Source of the DNA: Patescibacteria group bacterium
GTDB taxonomy: Bacteria; Patescibacteriota; Minisyncoccia; Phycocordibacterales; DATDWN01
Length of the DNA stretch: 64,000 bases
Direction: 5' to 3'
Assembly (NCBI GenBank): GCA_040389125.1
Contig: JAZKAN010000001.1
Location: forward strand, 178,737-242,736
The notes beneath the pieces were generated by a model. It was not told the origin of the DNA. It searched no databases and worked only from the letters and a program-made list of their open reading frames with translations. Shown here piece by piece: positions 37,902-47,059 of the stretch. Numbering within the stretch: position 1 is the stretch's first letter; each line of letters opens with the position of its first letter. Position numbers and translations under genes: made by a program.

Positions 37902-38468
37902 CTAGTATTTCCGTATCACCCCCTTCACAATCGCCGCCACCTTGAGTTCGTATTGTGGATAGATGGGTCTGTAATTTTTATTTGCCGGTAAAAGATAAAT
38001 CTTGTCACCTTTTTTCTTGTAGTATTTCATTGTCCAACCCCCATCAACCTCGGCGATAACAATGTCTCCATCTCGTGGGTTACCACGACGCTCTGCTATG
38101 ACCAAATCCCCCTCCTTTATTCCCTCGTCAATCATGGAATCACCTTTAACTTCGAGAAGATATGTGGATTCTTTGTTCCGAACAAGATATTCATCTAGAT
38201 TGAGTGTATTCGATCTATCCTCGTCAACTGTTGTTGGGAATCCTGCCTCAACCAGTCCCAGAAGTGGCAAATCATTGTATGTATTTTCTGGTATTAATTT
38301 ACCCTTTGAATCCTTGCTCACGACACCCTCCTCGATAAGTTTGTTGACGAGTTTGTATACAGCATTTTTAGACTTGAATCCCAGAATCGTCATGATCTCT
38401 GCATATCCAGGCATACGACCATTTCGTTTGTAGAATCCGAATATTTTGTTTTTGTATTCTATACTCAT
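37902..38468 (-). CDS. lexA: LexA repressor
   Basis: N-terminal wHTH and a C-terminal S24 peptidase domain with GDSM and IVIAEVDG. Confidence 0.9.
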   Translation of the reverse strand: MSIEYKNKIFGFYKRNGRMPGYAEIMTILGFKSKNAVYKLVNKLIEEGVVSKDSKGKLIPENTYNDLPLLGLVEAGFPTTVDEDRSNTLNLDEYLVRNKESTYLLEVKGDSMIDEGIKEGDLVIAERRGNPRDGDIVIAEVDGGWTMKYYKKKGDKIYLLPANKNYRPIYPQYELKVAAIVKGVIRKY

Positions 38469-38484
38469 AGTATGAATTATTTCA

Positions 38485-38694
38485 TTATAGAACAAATGTT
38501 GAAACGAGTTTGAGAGGCCTACCAAACCAACCTGATCTAGTCGCAGGACGGAGTGTCGAAAGCTGTGTCACCAGGAATTTGTGTCGGCGTGCCTCGCGCG
38601 CATATGACAGACCTTTTATTATTTTCAGGTCAATTTGTTCGTTCAAAATCTCTATTTCTTTGCGAACTGTTTTTTCTAATGTATTTTTGCTCAT
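38485..38694 (-). CDS. hypothetical small ORF upstream of lexA
   Basis: MSKNTLEKTVRKEIEILNEQIDLKIIKGLSYAREARRHKFLV..., overlapping the putative SOS box. Weak support. Confidence 0.2.
   Translation of the reverse strand: MSKNTLEKTVRKEIEILNEQIDLKIIKGLSYAREARRHKFLVTQLSTLRPATRSGWFGRPLKLVSTFVL
38490..38501. promoter_or_regulatory. putative SOS box (Cheo-box-like GAAC-N4-GTTG)
   Basis: agaacaaatgttga lies 22 nt upstream of the lexA start, with one mismatch to GAAC-N4-GTTC. Confidence 0.4.
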
Positions 38695-38993
38695 GGTGTA
38701 TTTTGTTAACTTGTTAGATACAGTATAGGTGAACGAGTGTTCACCAGTCAAGAAAATTTGGTGTGGATAGTGGAGTCAGAAACAAAAAATTCCTTCACGC
38801 AAGTGGTGATGGAATTTAATGTGTTAATCAAAGGGTAATTTAGGAATTATTTCTTTGGTTTTTTTGCTTTCTTTTTTTCTTTTTTGTGTGTTTCTCCTTT
38901 TGCCATATAAAATATTTTAATTAATAATGCATTCAAATTCGCACACTTAAATTATATCATGAAGAGAAATTAAAATGCCATGAAGATTTTAAC

Positions 38994-39332
38994 TTATGCA
39001 TCAATTTTTGCTGCGAGAATAAAATCATTGTTGGAAAGTCCACCAATCGCATGTGTTGTCAGAACTATCGTAACATATTTGTATTCTGTCAGATGAATAT
39101 CTGGGTGATGACCCTCGTCCTCAGCGATTTCTGCAACTTTGTTCACAAATTCGATTGCTGAAGCAAAATCTCTAAATTCGTATTTACGACTGATACTTGC
39201 GTAATCACTTGCAAGTTCCCAGTCTGGAATATGTTTCAAAAGAATCTCTGCATCATCACGAACAATAGGATCCACACCCCCTTCACACGGTACGCATTTT
39301 TGTTCTGTAAGATTAATTTCAGTTTCGTCCAT
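38994..39332 (-). CDS. pterin-4a-carbinolamine dehydratase (PCD/DCoH)
   Basis: EGHHPDIHLTEYKYVTIVLTTHAIGGLS motif. Confidence 0.85.
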   Translation of the reverse strand: MDETEINLTEQKCVPCEGGVDPIVRDDAEILLKHIPDWELASDYASISRKYEFRDFASAIEFVNKVAEIAEDEGHHPDIHLTEYKYVTIVLTTHAIGGLSNNDFILAAKIDA

Positions 39333-39377
39333 AAATATATTTAATTAATATAGTATATCATGCAAAAAGCATTCTCC

Positions 39378-41054
39378 TTACTCTAGAAATAATCGTGCGA
39401 GACGAATTTTCAGATACGATGGATTTTTCTTTTTCTTCTGGAGAAAATAATACACCGGTGCGAGACTCGTTGCTTTGGTTTTTTCAAACGCAGACAAAAT
39501 TTCATCGAGTTCACTCCGTTTGAACTCGCGACGTAGATATGCAATATCCGGACATGCATCCTTGTCTTCTTCCATCAATTTCTCAATATGTGATACAATC
39601 GTCTCCGCTTTAAGTCCACGGAGTTTGGCGATTTCATCGAGTGGAATTTCATCTCTGAGCAAATCCGCTGTAATTTGCTCCGTCGATTTTTTCATTTCTT
39701 TTTCTTTCTTTTTGATTCTCACTTTTTCCTCTGGCTCTATCGTTTTTATATATGCATTTTGTCGTGCGGTGATTTCGGATCGTGACATAGTTTTCAAATC
39801 CTCCACTGCATCCACTGACATATCTCGAAACTCTCTATCACGCTCCAAAACTTCCGCGTCAACTTCAAGTGACAAGTCGTTGAATCCTAGAAGTTTCATC
39901 CCACCGAGTGACCGCACCCGAGAGAGTGCCACATATCCCATTCCCTTTACAAACGATTTTGACAAATCCAATTCCATAGCATCGAGTGACATTCCCTGAC
40001 TTTTGTGGACCGTAATAGCCCAGGCAAGTCGCAGTGGAAGCTGGCTTATTTCTGCTTTTGTTTTACCTTCCTCCTCGATTTTCCATGACTGTGCAGAAAC
40101 ATGGAATACCTGTCCGCTCGTAGTACGCACCACTGGATCGCCAAATGTATTGAAATCCGTCACCACTCCGAGTGTTCCATTTACATATCCGCCCTCCATA
40201 TGATTTTTGGTAAACATAACTCTGGCACCAATTTTGAGTTCCAAAATTTCTGGCGACAGACAACTTTTCTTGAGTGAGTCTGCAATATAGCTCGAACCCT
40301 TCCACGCCATCGTATATTTTTTTGCATTTCCCGATACCAAACTCAAATGTTGTTTGTTGATACCATCCACGTCTATATTGTGCGTAAAAAGTTTGGTGGG
40401 TTCCACACCTGATTCTGGATCTTTATTAAATCTCGATTTCAAGAGATCAATTGTATTCTGCGTGACTGCATTTTCACGAATCTGATTTAAAATAGATAGA
40501 TATGTATTATCTTTTTGACGATGTTGTTCGGACAAGTGACATATCGTGAGATTTGCTCGCTCCCAGCTATCTGCCTTGTAGGCGAATTCGGACTCGACCA
40601 CCTCACCGCGCGTCACCGGCGGAAGCTGAAAAAAGTCACCACAAAGAATGACTTGCATTCCACCAAAGGGTCGCTCGGATCGTTTGAACTGCCGACAAAT
40701 CCACTCGATCAGATCGAGTCGGTAGTGGTGTAGCATTGACACCTCGTCTATAATCAGAACTTTTGTCCGATCAAAACGCTTGTACAAATACTGCCGCTCC
40801 ATGAGATCTTCGATGTCGTAATCAGTGAGAGTACTACGTACACCAAGTCCCGACCACGAGTGTATCGTCATACCACCGAGATGTGTTGAAGCGATGCCAG
40901 TAGACGCGGTTACAGCCACATCCACCGCATGTGATTTGAGGTATTTGATATATTCATTGAGAACATACGTTTTACCACTCCCGGCCGGTCCAGTGAGAAA
41001 GACATTTTTGCCAAGTTTCAAAATATCGAGCGCTTCGGATTGCAACATGTTCAT
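39378..41054 (-). CDS. PIF1/RecD-like SF1 DNA helicase with C-terminal extension
   Basis: GPAGSGKTYVL (motif I), VLIIDEVSMLHH (motif II), ILCGDFFQLPPV, and UvrD_C-like SQGMSLD. About 150-aa extra C-terminal domain. Confidence 0.85.
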   Translation of the reverse strand: MNMLQSEALDILKLGKNVFLTGPAGSGKTYVLNEYIKYLKSHAVDVAVTASTGIASTHLGGMTIHSWSGLGVRSTLTDYDIEDLMERQYLYKRFDRTKVLIIDEVSMLHHYRLDLIEWICRQFKRSERPFGGMQVILCGDFFQLPPVTRGEVVESEFAYKADSWERANLTICHLSEQHRQKDNTYLSILNQIRENAVTQNTIDLLKSRFNKDPESGVEPTKLFTHNIDVDGINKQHLSLVSGNAKKYTMAWKGSSYIADSLKKSCLSPEILELKIGARVMFTKNHMEGGYVNGTLGVVTDFNTFGDPVVRTTSGQVFHVSAQSWKIEEEGKTKAEISQLPLRLAWAITVHKSQGMSLDAMELDLSKSFVKGMGYVALSRVRSLGGMKLLGFNDLSLEVDAEVLERDREFRDMSVDAVEDLKTMSRSEITARQNAYIKTIEPEEKVRIKKKEKEMKKSTEQITADLLRDEIPLDEIAKLRGLKAETIVSHIEKLMEEDKDACPDIAYLRREFKRSELDEILSAFEKTKATSLAPVYYFLQKKKKNPSYLKIRLARLFLE

Positions 41055-41122
41055 ATTGTATCAGTACTTTGCCCAACTTGACAAATATCCACTTTGGGTG
41101 TATGATAGTGGAGGAGAAAAAG

Positions 41123-41371
41123 ATGCCCTTAATAAAAGACGATGCGCGGAGAGACTGGTTGTTGTTTCTTCTTTTAATGTTGGCGATCGGAGCAGGAATT
41201 TTTGCCTGTATTACCAACGACAAAGTTTTTTTCATATTCGCCCTCGGAACTGGAATTTTTCTACTGGTGCTCGGAATCCTAATACTCGGGCCTCGACCCG
41301 ATCACAGCCCGGTAATGAAGGAACTCATTCAGAAAACTCTCGAGTTCGAGAGAAAGCCCGACTCCCAGTAA
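41123..41371 (+). CDS. hypothetical small membrane protein
   Basis: RBS GGAGGAG upstream of the ATG and two TM helices. Confidence 0.45.
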   Translation: MPLIKDDARRDWLLFLLLMLAIGAGIFACITNDKVFFIFALGTGIFLLVLGILILGPRPDHSPVMKELIQKTLEFERKPDSQ

Positions 41372-41390
41372 TGGGGTCGGGTTTACGTTT
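41356..41390 (+). terminator. intrinsic terminator
   Basis: GCCCGAC...GTCGGGTTTACGTTTT. Confidence 0.5.
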
Positions 41391-41446
41391 TATATTTGTA
41401 TAGTGACAAAATTTTTTAATGTAGTAGTGTTACAAACGGAGGAGTC

Positions 41447-41689
41447 ATGTTTACATTTTTCGCATTTGCAGTTCTTGGTCTCGTCAACCTACAAAAGGAT
41501 GACGGGGGAGGTTCACACAAGAAGAGAAACTACTGGATCCTGATCCTGAAAATCGTTGGGTCCTGCATAGCGAGTTGGCTACTTATGCAGTTTATCATAG
41601 CATCACATCATAGCACCGTACTCGAAAGAGTCGGTGCTTTCATTTGTATTGCTCAAAGAATTTTTGCTCAAGGTCAAGGCGAAGTTTGA
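41447..41689 (+). CDS. hypothetical small membrane protein
   Basis: RBS GGAGGAG 4 nt from the ATG and two TM helices. Confidence 0.45.
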   Translation: MFTFFAFAVLGLVNLQKDDGGGSHKKRNYWILILKIVGSCIASWLLMQFIIASHHSTVLERVGAFICIAQRIFAQGQGEV

Positions 41690-41699
41690 AAAAGGCGAG

Positions 41700-41757
41700 G
41701 AGCCGTACTTAGTGGTACGGTGACGAGAATTTTTTAAACTTCAACGCAGAGATTGAG
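41700..41757 (+). repeat. GUAC-hairpin element (family B/C) copy
   Basis: GAGCCGTAC-TTAGTG-GTACGGTGACGAGAATTTTTTAAACTTCAACGCAGAGATTGAG, located between convergent genes. Confidence 0.8.
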
Positions 41758-41774
41758 CAAAAAGACCGAGCAAC

Positions 41775-43553
41775 TTAGCTATTTCTCTTGCCATGGAGTA
41801 ACATCTCCACCGCGTGTTCCATATCGCCCGCAAGTGTTATCTGCCCACCGTTAATAAAGAAAATCTGATCCGCATTACGTATCGTGTTCAGTCGGTGCGC
41901 GATAATCACTTTTGTAGTTGTAGCAGGTAGTTTTGCCAAAATTTCTTCGAGCAGTTCCTCTGTGACCGTATCAATATTTGCAGTGGCCTCGTCGAGTATC
42001 AAAAGTTCTGGCTTGCGAAGTACGGCTCGCATGAACGCGATGAGCTGCTTCTGTCCGAGACTCACACTGTTGCCACTCGTTGAAACAGGGGTATCTAATC
42101 CCTCTGTAAACCGCGCAAGAAGTTTAGAAAGATTTGCATCCTCTAAAACTTTTAATAATTCCACACTCGTATACCCTGCCAATTCTGTGTTTCCATACAA
42201 TATATTGTCTCGCACTGTTCCAGTAAACAGGAACGGTTCTTGCAAAATAAATCCAATTTTCTGTGTGCGTTCCTTTGGAGTGTACGTTCGAATATCATGA
42301 CCAGAAAGTAACACTGTTCCCTCGGACGGATCAAAGAGTCGTGCCATGAGGGATGCAGTAGTTGTTTTACCTCCACCAGTTGGCCCCACGAGCGCATACG
42401 TTTTACCTGGCAATAATTCCAGATTAATATCGCCGAGCACCTCCACGCCGTTTGGATAATGAAAATGAACGTGATCAAATCTCAGAATTGCAGACGACGC
42501 AGAGCGAGTTTTCTCCGTCTCACTTTCTATTATGATCGGCATATCTGACTCGAGTGCGAGCACTTCTGAAATACGATCAAACGCTGCGAGTGCTAACTGA
42601 AACGATGCCCAGATAGCAGCCAGTTGTCGTAATGGACTGTAGAAATTGTTTACATACAACAAATATCCAATCAAAATTCCGATTGTGATATGTCCATTCA
42701 AAATAAGGGAAATACCGTAACTAATCACAATGAGCTGAGCGAGCATGGAAGCCAGTCCATATAGCGGTGTGAAAATGTTGTTTGCAATTCCACTCTGAAC
42801 TGATGCCTGAAAATTGCTTTCATTTACCCCATGAAATTTTTCTCTAAAATAGTCTAAACGGTTGAATGCGACAATCACTTTGAAATTGGCGAGGCTTTCC
42901 TGAATTTCCGAACTCATACCACCGACAGTCTGCAAACTTCGGAGGTTTCTGCGTTTGACCCAACCAGAAATAATCTGAGTAAAAATGAGAACACACAATG
43001 CTGGGACGAGTGCCGCAGAGCCCAGACGAATATTGATAACAAGCAAAAATATTCCCGCTCCTAAAATGAGAAAGAAACTACCAATAAACTGCATGATACC
43101 CTGCGAGAAAAACATATTGAGCCGATCGGTGTCATTGTTGATACGCGAAATCAAGTCCCCTGCCTTATTCTGATTAAAAAATGCAACGGGTAATTCCTGG
43201 AGTTTTGTAAAAATTGAATTACGGAGTTTAAATAATACACGGCGACTGACCCCACCCATGATCATCGTTTGTAAATACCCGCCGACAAGGCCAATAAGAT
43301 ATATTCCGACCAAAATTCCAGAAAATAAAAGCACGCCATGAAAATTTTTAAGGCGAATATACGTATCTACTGTATGACTAACAACAATCGGCGCAACAAG
43401 CGTGGCCAGAGAATTCACGATAATTGCAATCATTGCAATGACAAGATTTCGTTTCTCTGTAGCGAGAAGTGGCGCAAGTTTCCGCATCGCAGTCAAAAAA
43501 CTGGGTTTAGGGCCAGATGTATTTGTCTTTTGTGTATTAAGCGTGTAATTCAT
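41775..43553 (-). CDS. ABC exporter, fused TMD-NBD (MsbA/LmrA type)
   Basis: Six TM helices, then GPTGGGKTT Walker A, LSGHD..., signature SLGQKQ and ILDEATA Walker B. Confidence 0.9.
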   Translation of the reverse strand: MNYTLNTQKTNTSGPKPSFLTAMRKLAPLLATEKRNLVIAMIAIIVNSLATLVAPIVVSHTVDTYIRLKNFHGVLLFSGILVGIYLIGLVGGYLQTMIMGGVSRRVLFKLRNSIFTKLQELPVAFFNQNKAGDLISRINNDTDRLNMFFSQGIMQFIGSFFLILGAGIFLLVINIRLGSAALVPALCVLIFTQIISGWVKRRNLRSLQTVGGMSSEIQESLANFKVIVAFNRLDYFREKFHGVNESNFQASVQSGIANNIFTPLYGLASMLAQLIVISYGISLILNGHITIGILIGYLLYVNNFYSPLRQLAAIWASFQLALAAFDRISEVLALESDMPIIIESETEKTRSASSAILRFDHVHFHYPNGVEVLGDINLELLPGKTYALVGPTGGGKTTTASLMARLFDPSEGTVLLSGHDIRTYTPKERTQKIGFILQEPFLFTGTVRDNILYGNTELAGYTSVELLKVLEDANLSKLLARFTEGLDTPVSTSGNSVSLGQKQLIAFMRAVLRKPELLILDEATANIDTVTEELLEEILAKLPATTTKVIIAHRLNTIRNADQIFFINGGQITLAGDMEHAVEMLLHGKRNS

Positions 43554-45294
43554 AATGGTTTAGACTTTGTTGCGAATTATAAATCTGTACGTATTCCGGC
43601 GAAACTTTCAAGAGGTGTTTGTGCGTGCCAGATGCGAGGACTTCTCCCTCCATGAGGAGAATAATCTGATTATACGTTTCGATCGAGGAGATTTTTTGTG
43701 TGACAGAAATAAGCGTAATGTCCGGATAATTTTTGGAAATATTTGAGAGGATTTTTTGCTCCGTGTTAGTGTCCACTCGCGCAGTAAAATCATCGAGGAG
43801 AAGAACCTTTGGATCATGAGCGAGTGCACGCGCAAGCATGATGCGCTGTTTCTGTCCGCCAGAGAGACTTGTACCACGTTCCGATACAATGGTGTCTAGT
43901 TTCTCTGGAAGAGCACGAATGAAATCATCGAGTTCCGCTGTATCAATCGCCTTTTGTAGGGACTCATCTGTTACGGTATTACTAAACGCAATATTTTCAC
44001 GTACCGTGAGGTTGAACATGATACTGTCTTGAAACACAAATCCAACCTGGTCATGAAGCGCTTGTTTGTTGTATTTATCGACACTCTCGCTGTCATACAA
44101 CACCTCGCCTGACTGGGGCGTGAGTAGTCCAGTGAGCACATACAGAAGTTGTGTTTTACCTGCAGCAGTCGGGCCAATAATAGCAGTTTTAGTTCCAGCC
44201 TTAATTTCAAATGAAACATGTTTGAGTGCAATTTTCTCGCCAAATGCGACCGTGACATCTCGCATTGCGATATTACCTTGGATGGGATTTTTTAAAACAC
44301 CAGTGTCTGTACTTTCAGGAGCATTGAGCACCTCCGTGAGTCGCACGTACGATGCATTGGCCTGTGCAATAAGCGAGCTCACAAATCCGATAACCAAAAT
44401 CGGAAAAATGAGAATGGCAAGGTAGCTGTTGAACGCACTGAACTCCCCGAGAGTCAGTGTTCCCTGGATTATAAAATGTCCGCCAAGTGCGAGAATGATT
44501 ACTGTCGCAATACTCGTCGCAAATGTAATCGCCGGAATAAGTCCCGCAAAAAGGCGAAGAATTTTCAGACCAATATCGCGCGCCTCTGTGTTTGCATCTA
44601 CAAATTTCTTGTATTCATTTTCGTGCGAGTTAACAATACGAATCAGCGCAGCTCCCAAAATACTTTCGTTGATAACTTTGTTCAGCCAGTCGATCGCCTC
44701 CTGTGATTGTTTAAATAGTTTTTTTACTTTTGAAAAAATAACAAAAAAGAGAATGCCGAGAAATGGAATAATTCCGAGAATGGCAAGACCTAGTTTCCAA
44801 TTGATAAGGAGGAGGAGCGTACTCGCACCAATAATGAGGAAAACGGACGAAATGAGGGATGAGATAGCCTGTGACACAAATGTTTTGACTGCATCCACGT
44901 CCGATGTGAGGTTGGTGAGGAGTTTTGCCGGAGTGACGCGTTCGACATATGCGTAGTCCTGAACGGAAATTTTGGCGGTGAGTCTCGTACGCAAATCCCT
45001 CGCCACACGCTCTGCTGCGTATGTCTGCACAACACCCTGTAAATACGTGAATACAAATACAACAACCGCAATCAGAATAAAATCAAGCACGACGGTGTGT
45101 GACAGGAGTCCGCTACGCACAAATGTGTCAATCGCTCGAGAAATGATTTTCGGAATGACGAGCATGAGAGCGTTTGCAGAAATAGTAAATAGCACGAGGA
45201 GTGTTATAAATCCCGCGTACGGTCGAAGTAGCCCCCAGAGACTGCCGGCTACAGGAATGACCGCTTCCTTTTGTGAATTAGTATTTGAAACCAT
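43537..45294 (-). CDS. ABC exporter, fused TMD-NBD (heterodimer partner)
   Basis: TMD, then GPTAAGKTQ Walker A, LSGGQKQR signature and LLLDD Walker B. Overlaps the partner gene by 17 nt. Confidence 0.9.
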   Translation of the reverse strand: MVSNTNSQKEAVIPVAGSLWGLLRPYAGFITLLVLFTISANALMLVIPKIISRAIDTFVRSGLLSHTVVLDFILIAVVVFVFTYLQGVVQTYAAERVARDLRTRLTAKISVQDYAYVERVTPAKLLTNLTSDVDAVKTFVSQAISSLISSVFLIIGASTLLLLINWKLGLAILGIIPFLGILFFVIFSKVKKLFKQSQEAIDWLNKVINESILGAALIRIVNSHENEYKKFVDANTEARDIGLKILRLFAGLIPAITFATSIATVIILALGGHFIIQGTLTLGEFSAFNSYLAILIFPILVIGFVSSLIAQANASYVRLTEVLNAPESTDTGVLKNPIQGNIAMRDVTVAFGEKIALKHVSFEIKAGTKTAIIGPTAAGKTQLLYVLTGLLTPQSGEVLYDSESVDKYNKQALHDQVGFVFQDSIMFNLTVRENIAFSNTVTDESLQKAIDTAELDDFIRALPEKLDTIVSERGTSLSGGQKQRIMLARALAHDPKVLLLDDFTARVDTNTEQKILSNISKNYPDITLISVTQKISSIETYNQIILLMEGEVLASGTHKHLLKVSPEYVQIYNSQQSLNHYELHA

Positions 45295-45369
45295 ATTTTA
45301 AACCAAGAAATGCAAAATAGATAAGACTATAGTATACCTCATTTACATTTTACTTTCCAACCTTTTTTC

Positions 45370-46074
45370 TTATTTCTTTCCTTTATTCTTCCACTCCTCT
45401 ATTTTCTTGTGATCACCTGAGAGGAGTACTTTTGGTACACGATATTTCTTTTTTTTGTATTCAAAAACTTCTGGACGTGTGTAGACGTCAGAACTTGAAA
45501 TACGAGACTCTTCGAGAGAGCTGAAATTGCCAAGCACTCCTTCTACTTGGCGTGATATGCAGTCGATCACGATTTCCGCGGGCAGTTCCCCACCAGTCAG
45601 TACGAATGGTCCTACTGAAATATCTTCTGTTTTGAAAATCTTTTTGACACGTGCATCAATGCCTTCGTATCTACCAGAAATTAAAATGATGTCTGTGTAT
45701 TTTTTGGCGACACCTTTTGCATACTCAGTTGTAAACTGCTTGCCAGATGGAGAAAAGAAAATGATTTTAACTTTCCTGTTTTCTCTTTTGACTTTTTGGC
45801 TTTTTGTTTTCGATGCAGTTTGCTTTCCTGGCTTTTTGTTTATTTTTGCAAGCGCTTTTTCAATAGCTTTCACTACTGGCAGTGCCTGAATGACCATACC
45901 CGGACCACCACTGTATGGTTTCTGGTCCACTCGTTTCCATTTGTCATCCGAGTAGTCACGAGGATTATAAAACATCACCTTGATTTTCTTGTCCTCTATC
46001 GCCCGCGACAAAATCGACTCCCCGAGATAGGAGGTAAATGAATCAGGAAAAAGTGTAATGATATGAAAATTCAT
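45370..46074 (-). CDS. trmD: tRNA (guanine37-N1)-methyltransferase
   Basis: SPOUT motifs (IITLFPDSF, GRYEGIDARV, LTGGELPA). Carries a Lys-rich ~40-aa insertion. Confidence 0.9.
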   Translation of the reverse strand: MNFHIITLFPDSFTSYLGESILSRAIEDKKIKVMFYNPRDYSDDKWKRVDQKPYSGGPGMVIQALPVVKAIEKALAKINKKPGKQTASKTKSQKVKRENRKVKIIFFSPSGKQFTTEYAKGVAKKYTDIILISGRYEGIDARVKKIFKTEDISVGPFVLTGGELPAEIVIDCISRQVEGVLGNFSSLEESRISSSDVYTRPEVFEYKKKKYRVPKVLLSGDHKKIEEWKNKGKK

Positions 46075-46133
46075 ATAATAAAAATGTGATACCACTGTAC
46101 CACATTTTTATTATTTAGTCTATTTATTTGAAA

Positions 46134-46457
46134 TTAGAGTTTGAGGTCAGCCATTGCGTCGTCGAGGGACTTAGTCGCAGATCCTGTTGCCGACTTTACC
46201 TCTTTCATTCCGCCGGCTGGCTCGTTTATTTTGAGGTTTACCCGTGCGTTGTTTTTCATACCTACAACTCGGAGTAATGTGCGAATCGCCTTTGCAGTGT
46301 TACCCTCGCGACCAATTATTTTACCCATGTCCGCAGGATTGACATCGAGTGTCATGAGGACACCCATTTCATCTACTGTGCGGACGATTTTGACGTCTGC
46401 AGGATATTCTACTAGTGCCTTAATAACAAAGTCTAGAAATTGTACATCGTGTTCCAT
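46134..46457 (-). CDS. KH-domain RNA-binding protein (YlqC/UPF0109)
   Basis: KIIGREGNTAKAIRTLL GXXG loop. Classic rpsP-KH-trmD neighbourhood. Confidence 0.85.
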   Translation of the reverse strand: MEHDVQFLDFVIKALVEYPADVKIVRTVDEMGVLMTLDVNPADMGKIIGREGNTAKAIRTLLRVVGMKNNARVNLKINEPAGGMKEVKSATGSATKSLDDAMADLKL

Positions 46458-46539
46458 GAGTTCAAGTTAAATTGTAAAGCTGAGCAAACGATAACAATAT
46501 AATTATAACAGTGGAGAATAAAGAGTCAATGAACATTGA

Positions 46540-46980
46540 CTATGCAACCGCTTCTTCTGTGGTTTCAGCGGCTGTGGGAGCTGGGGTTTCCTCAACAGGT
46601 GCTTCTGAAGCTGCGGTCGGTGCAGATTTTGCCTCCACACTAGGGGCCTCAGGATTACCTGATGCATAAGTGTTCGCTTCGGCTCCCTTAGCGTCTTTAA
46701 CGATTGCTTTTTTAAGTGGCAATGTGTTGATTTTCTTTCCTGTTATGATTTTCTTGTCCACGAGTAGGTTGTGAACTGTGTGCGAAACTTGTGCACCCTG
46801 GGACATCCAGTATGTCACTCGGTCTGTTTTCATGACAGCATCATTTCCATGGCGAGCATCATAGTTGCCAAGGATCTCTAAATATTTCCCACTTTTTGTC
46901 GAGTTTTTTGAGTCAGTAAGAACAAGTCGAAATGATGGTTCGTGTTTGCGTCCTACTCGCTGTAATCGTATTTTTAACAT
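46540..46980 (-). CDS. rpsP: 30S ribosomal protein S16 with C-terminal extension
   Basis: MLKIRLQRVGRKHEPSFRLVLTDS N-terminus. Start at MLKIRLQ. Confidence 0.9.
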   Translation of the reverse strand: MLKIRLQRVGRKHEPSFRLVLTDSKNSTKSGKYLEILGNYDARHGNDAVMKTDRVTYWMSQGAQVSHTVHNLLVDKKIITGKKINTLPLKKAIVKDAKGAEANTYASGNPEAPSVEAKSAPTAASEAPVEETPAPTAAETTEEAVA

Positions 46981-47059
46981 GTCTGCTATGGTAACAGAAA
47001 TCATAAAATAGGTCAACCATGATTCCGAAATTATCCTATCTATGATATGCTAGCGCCAT

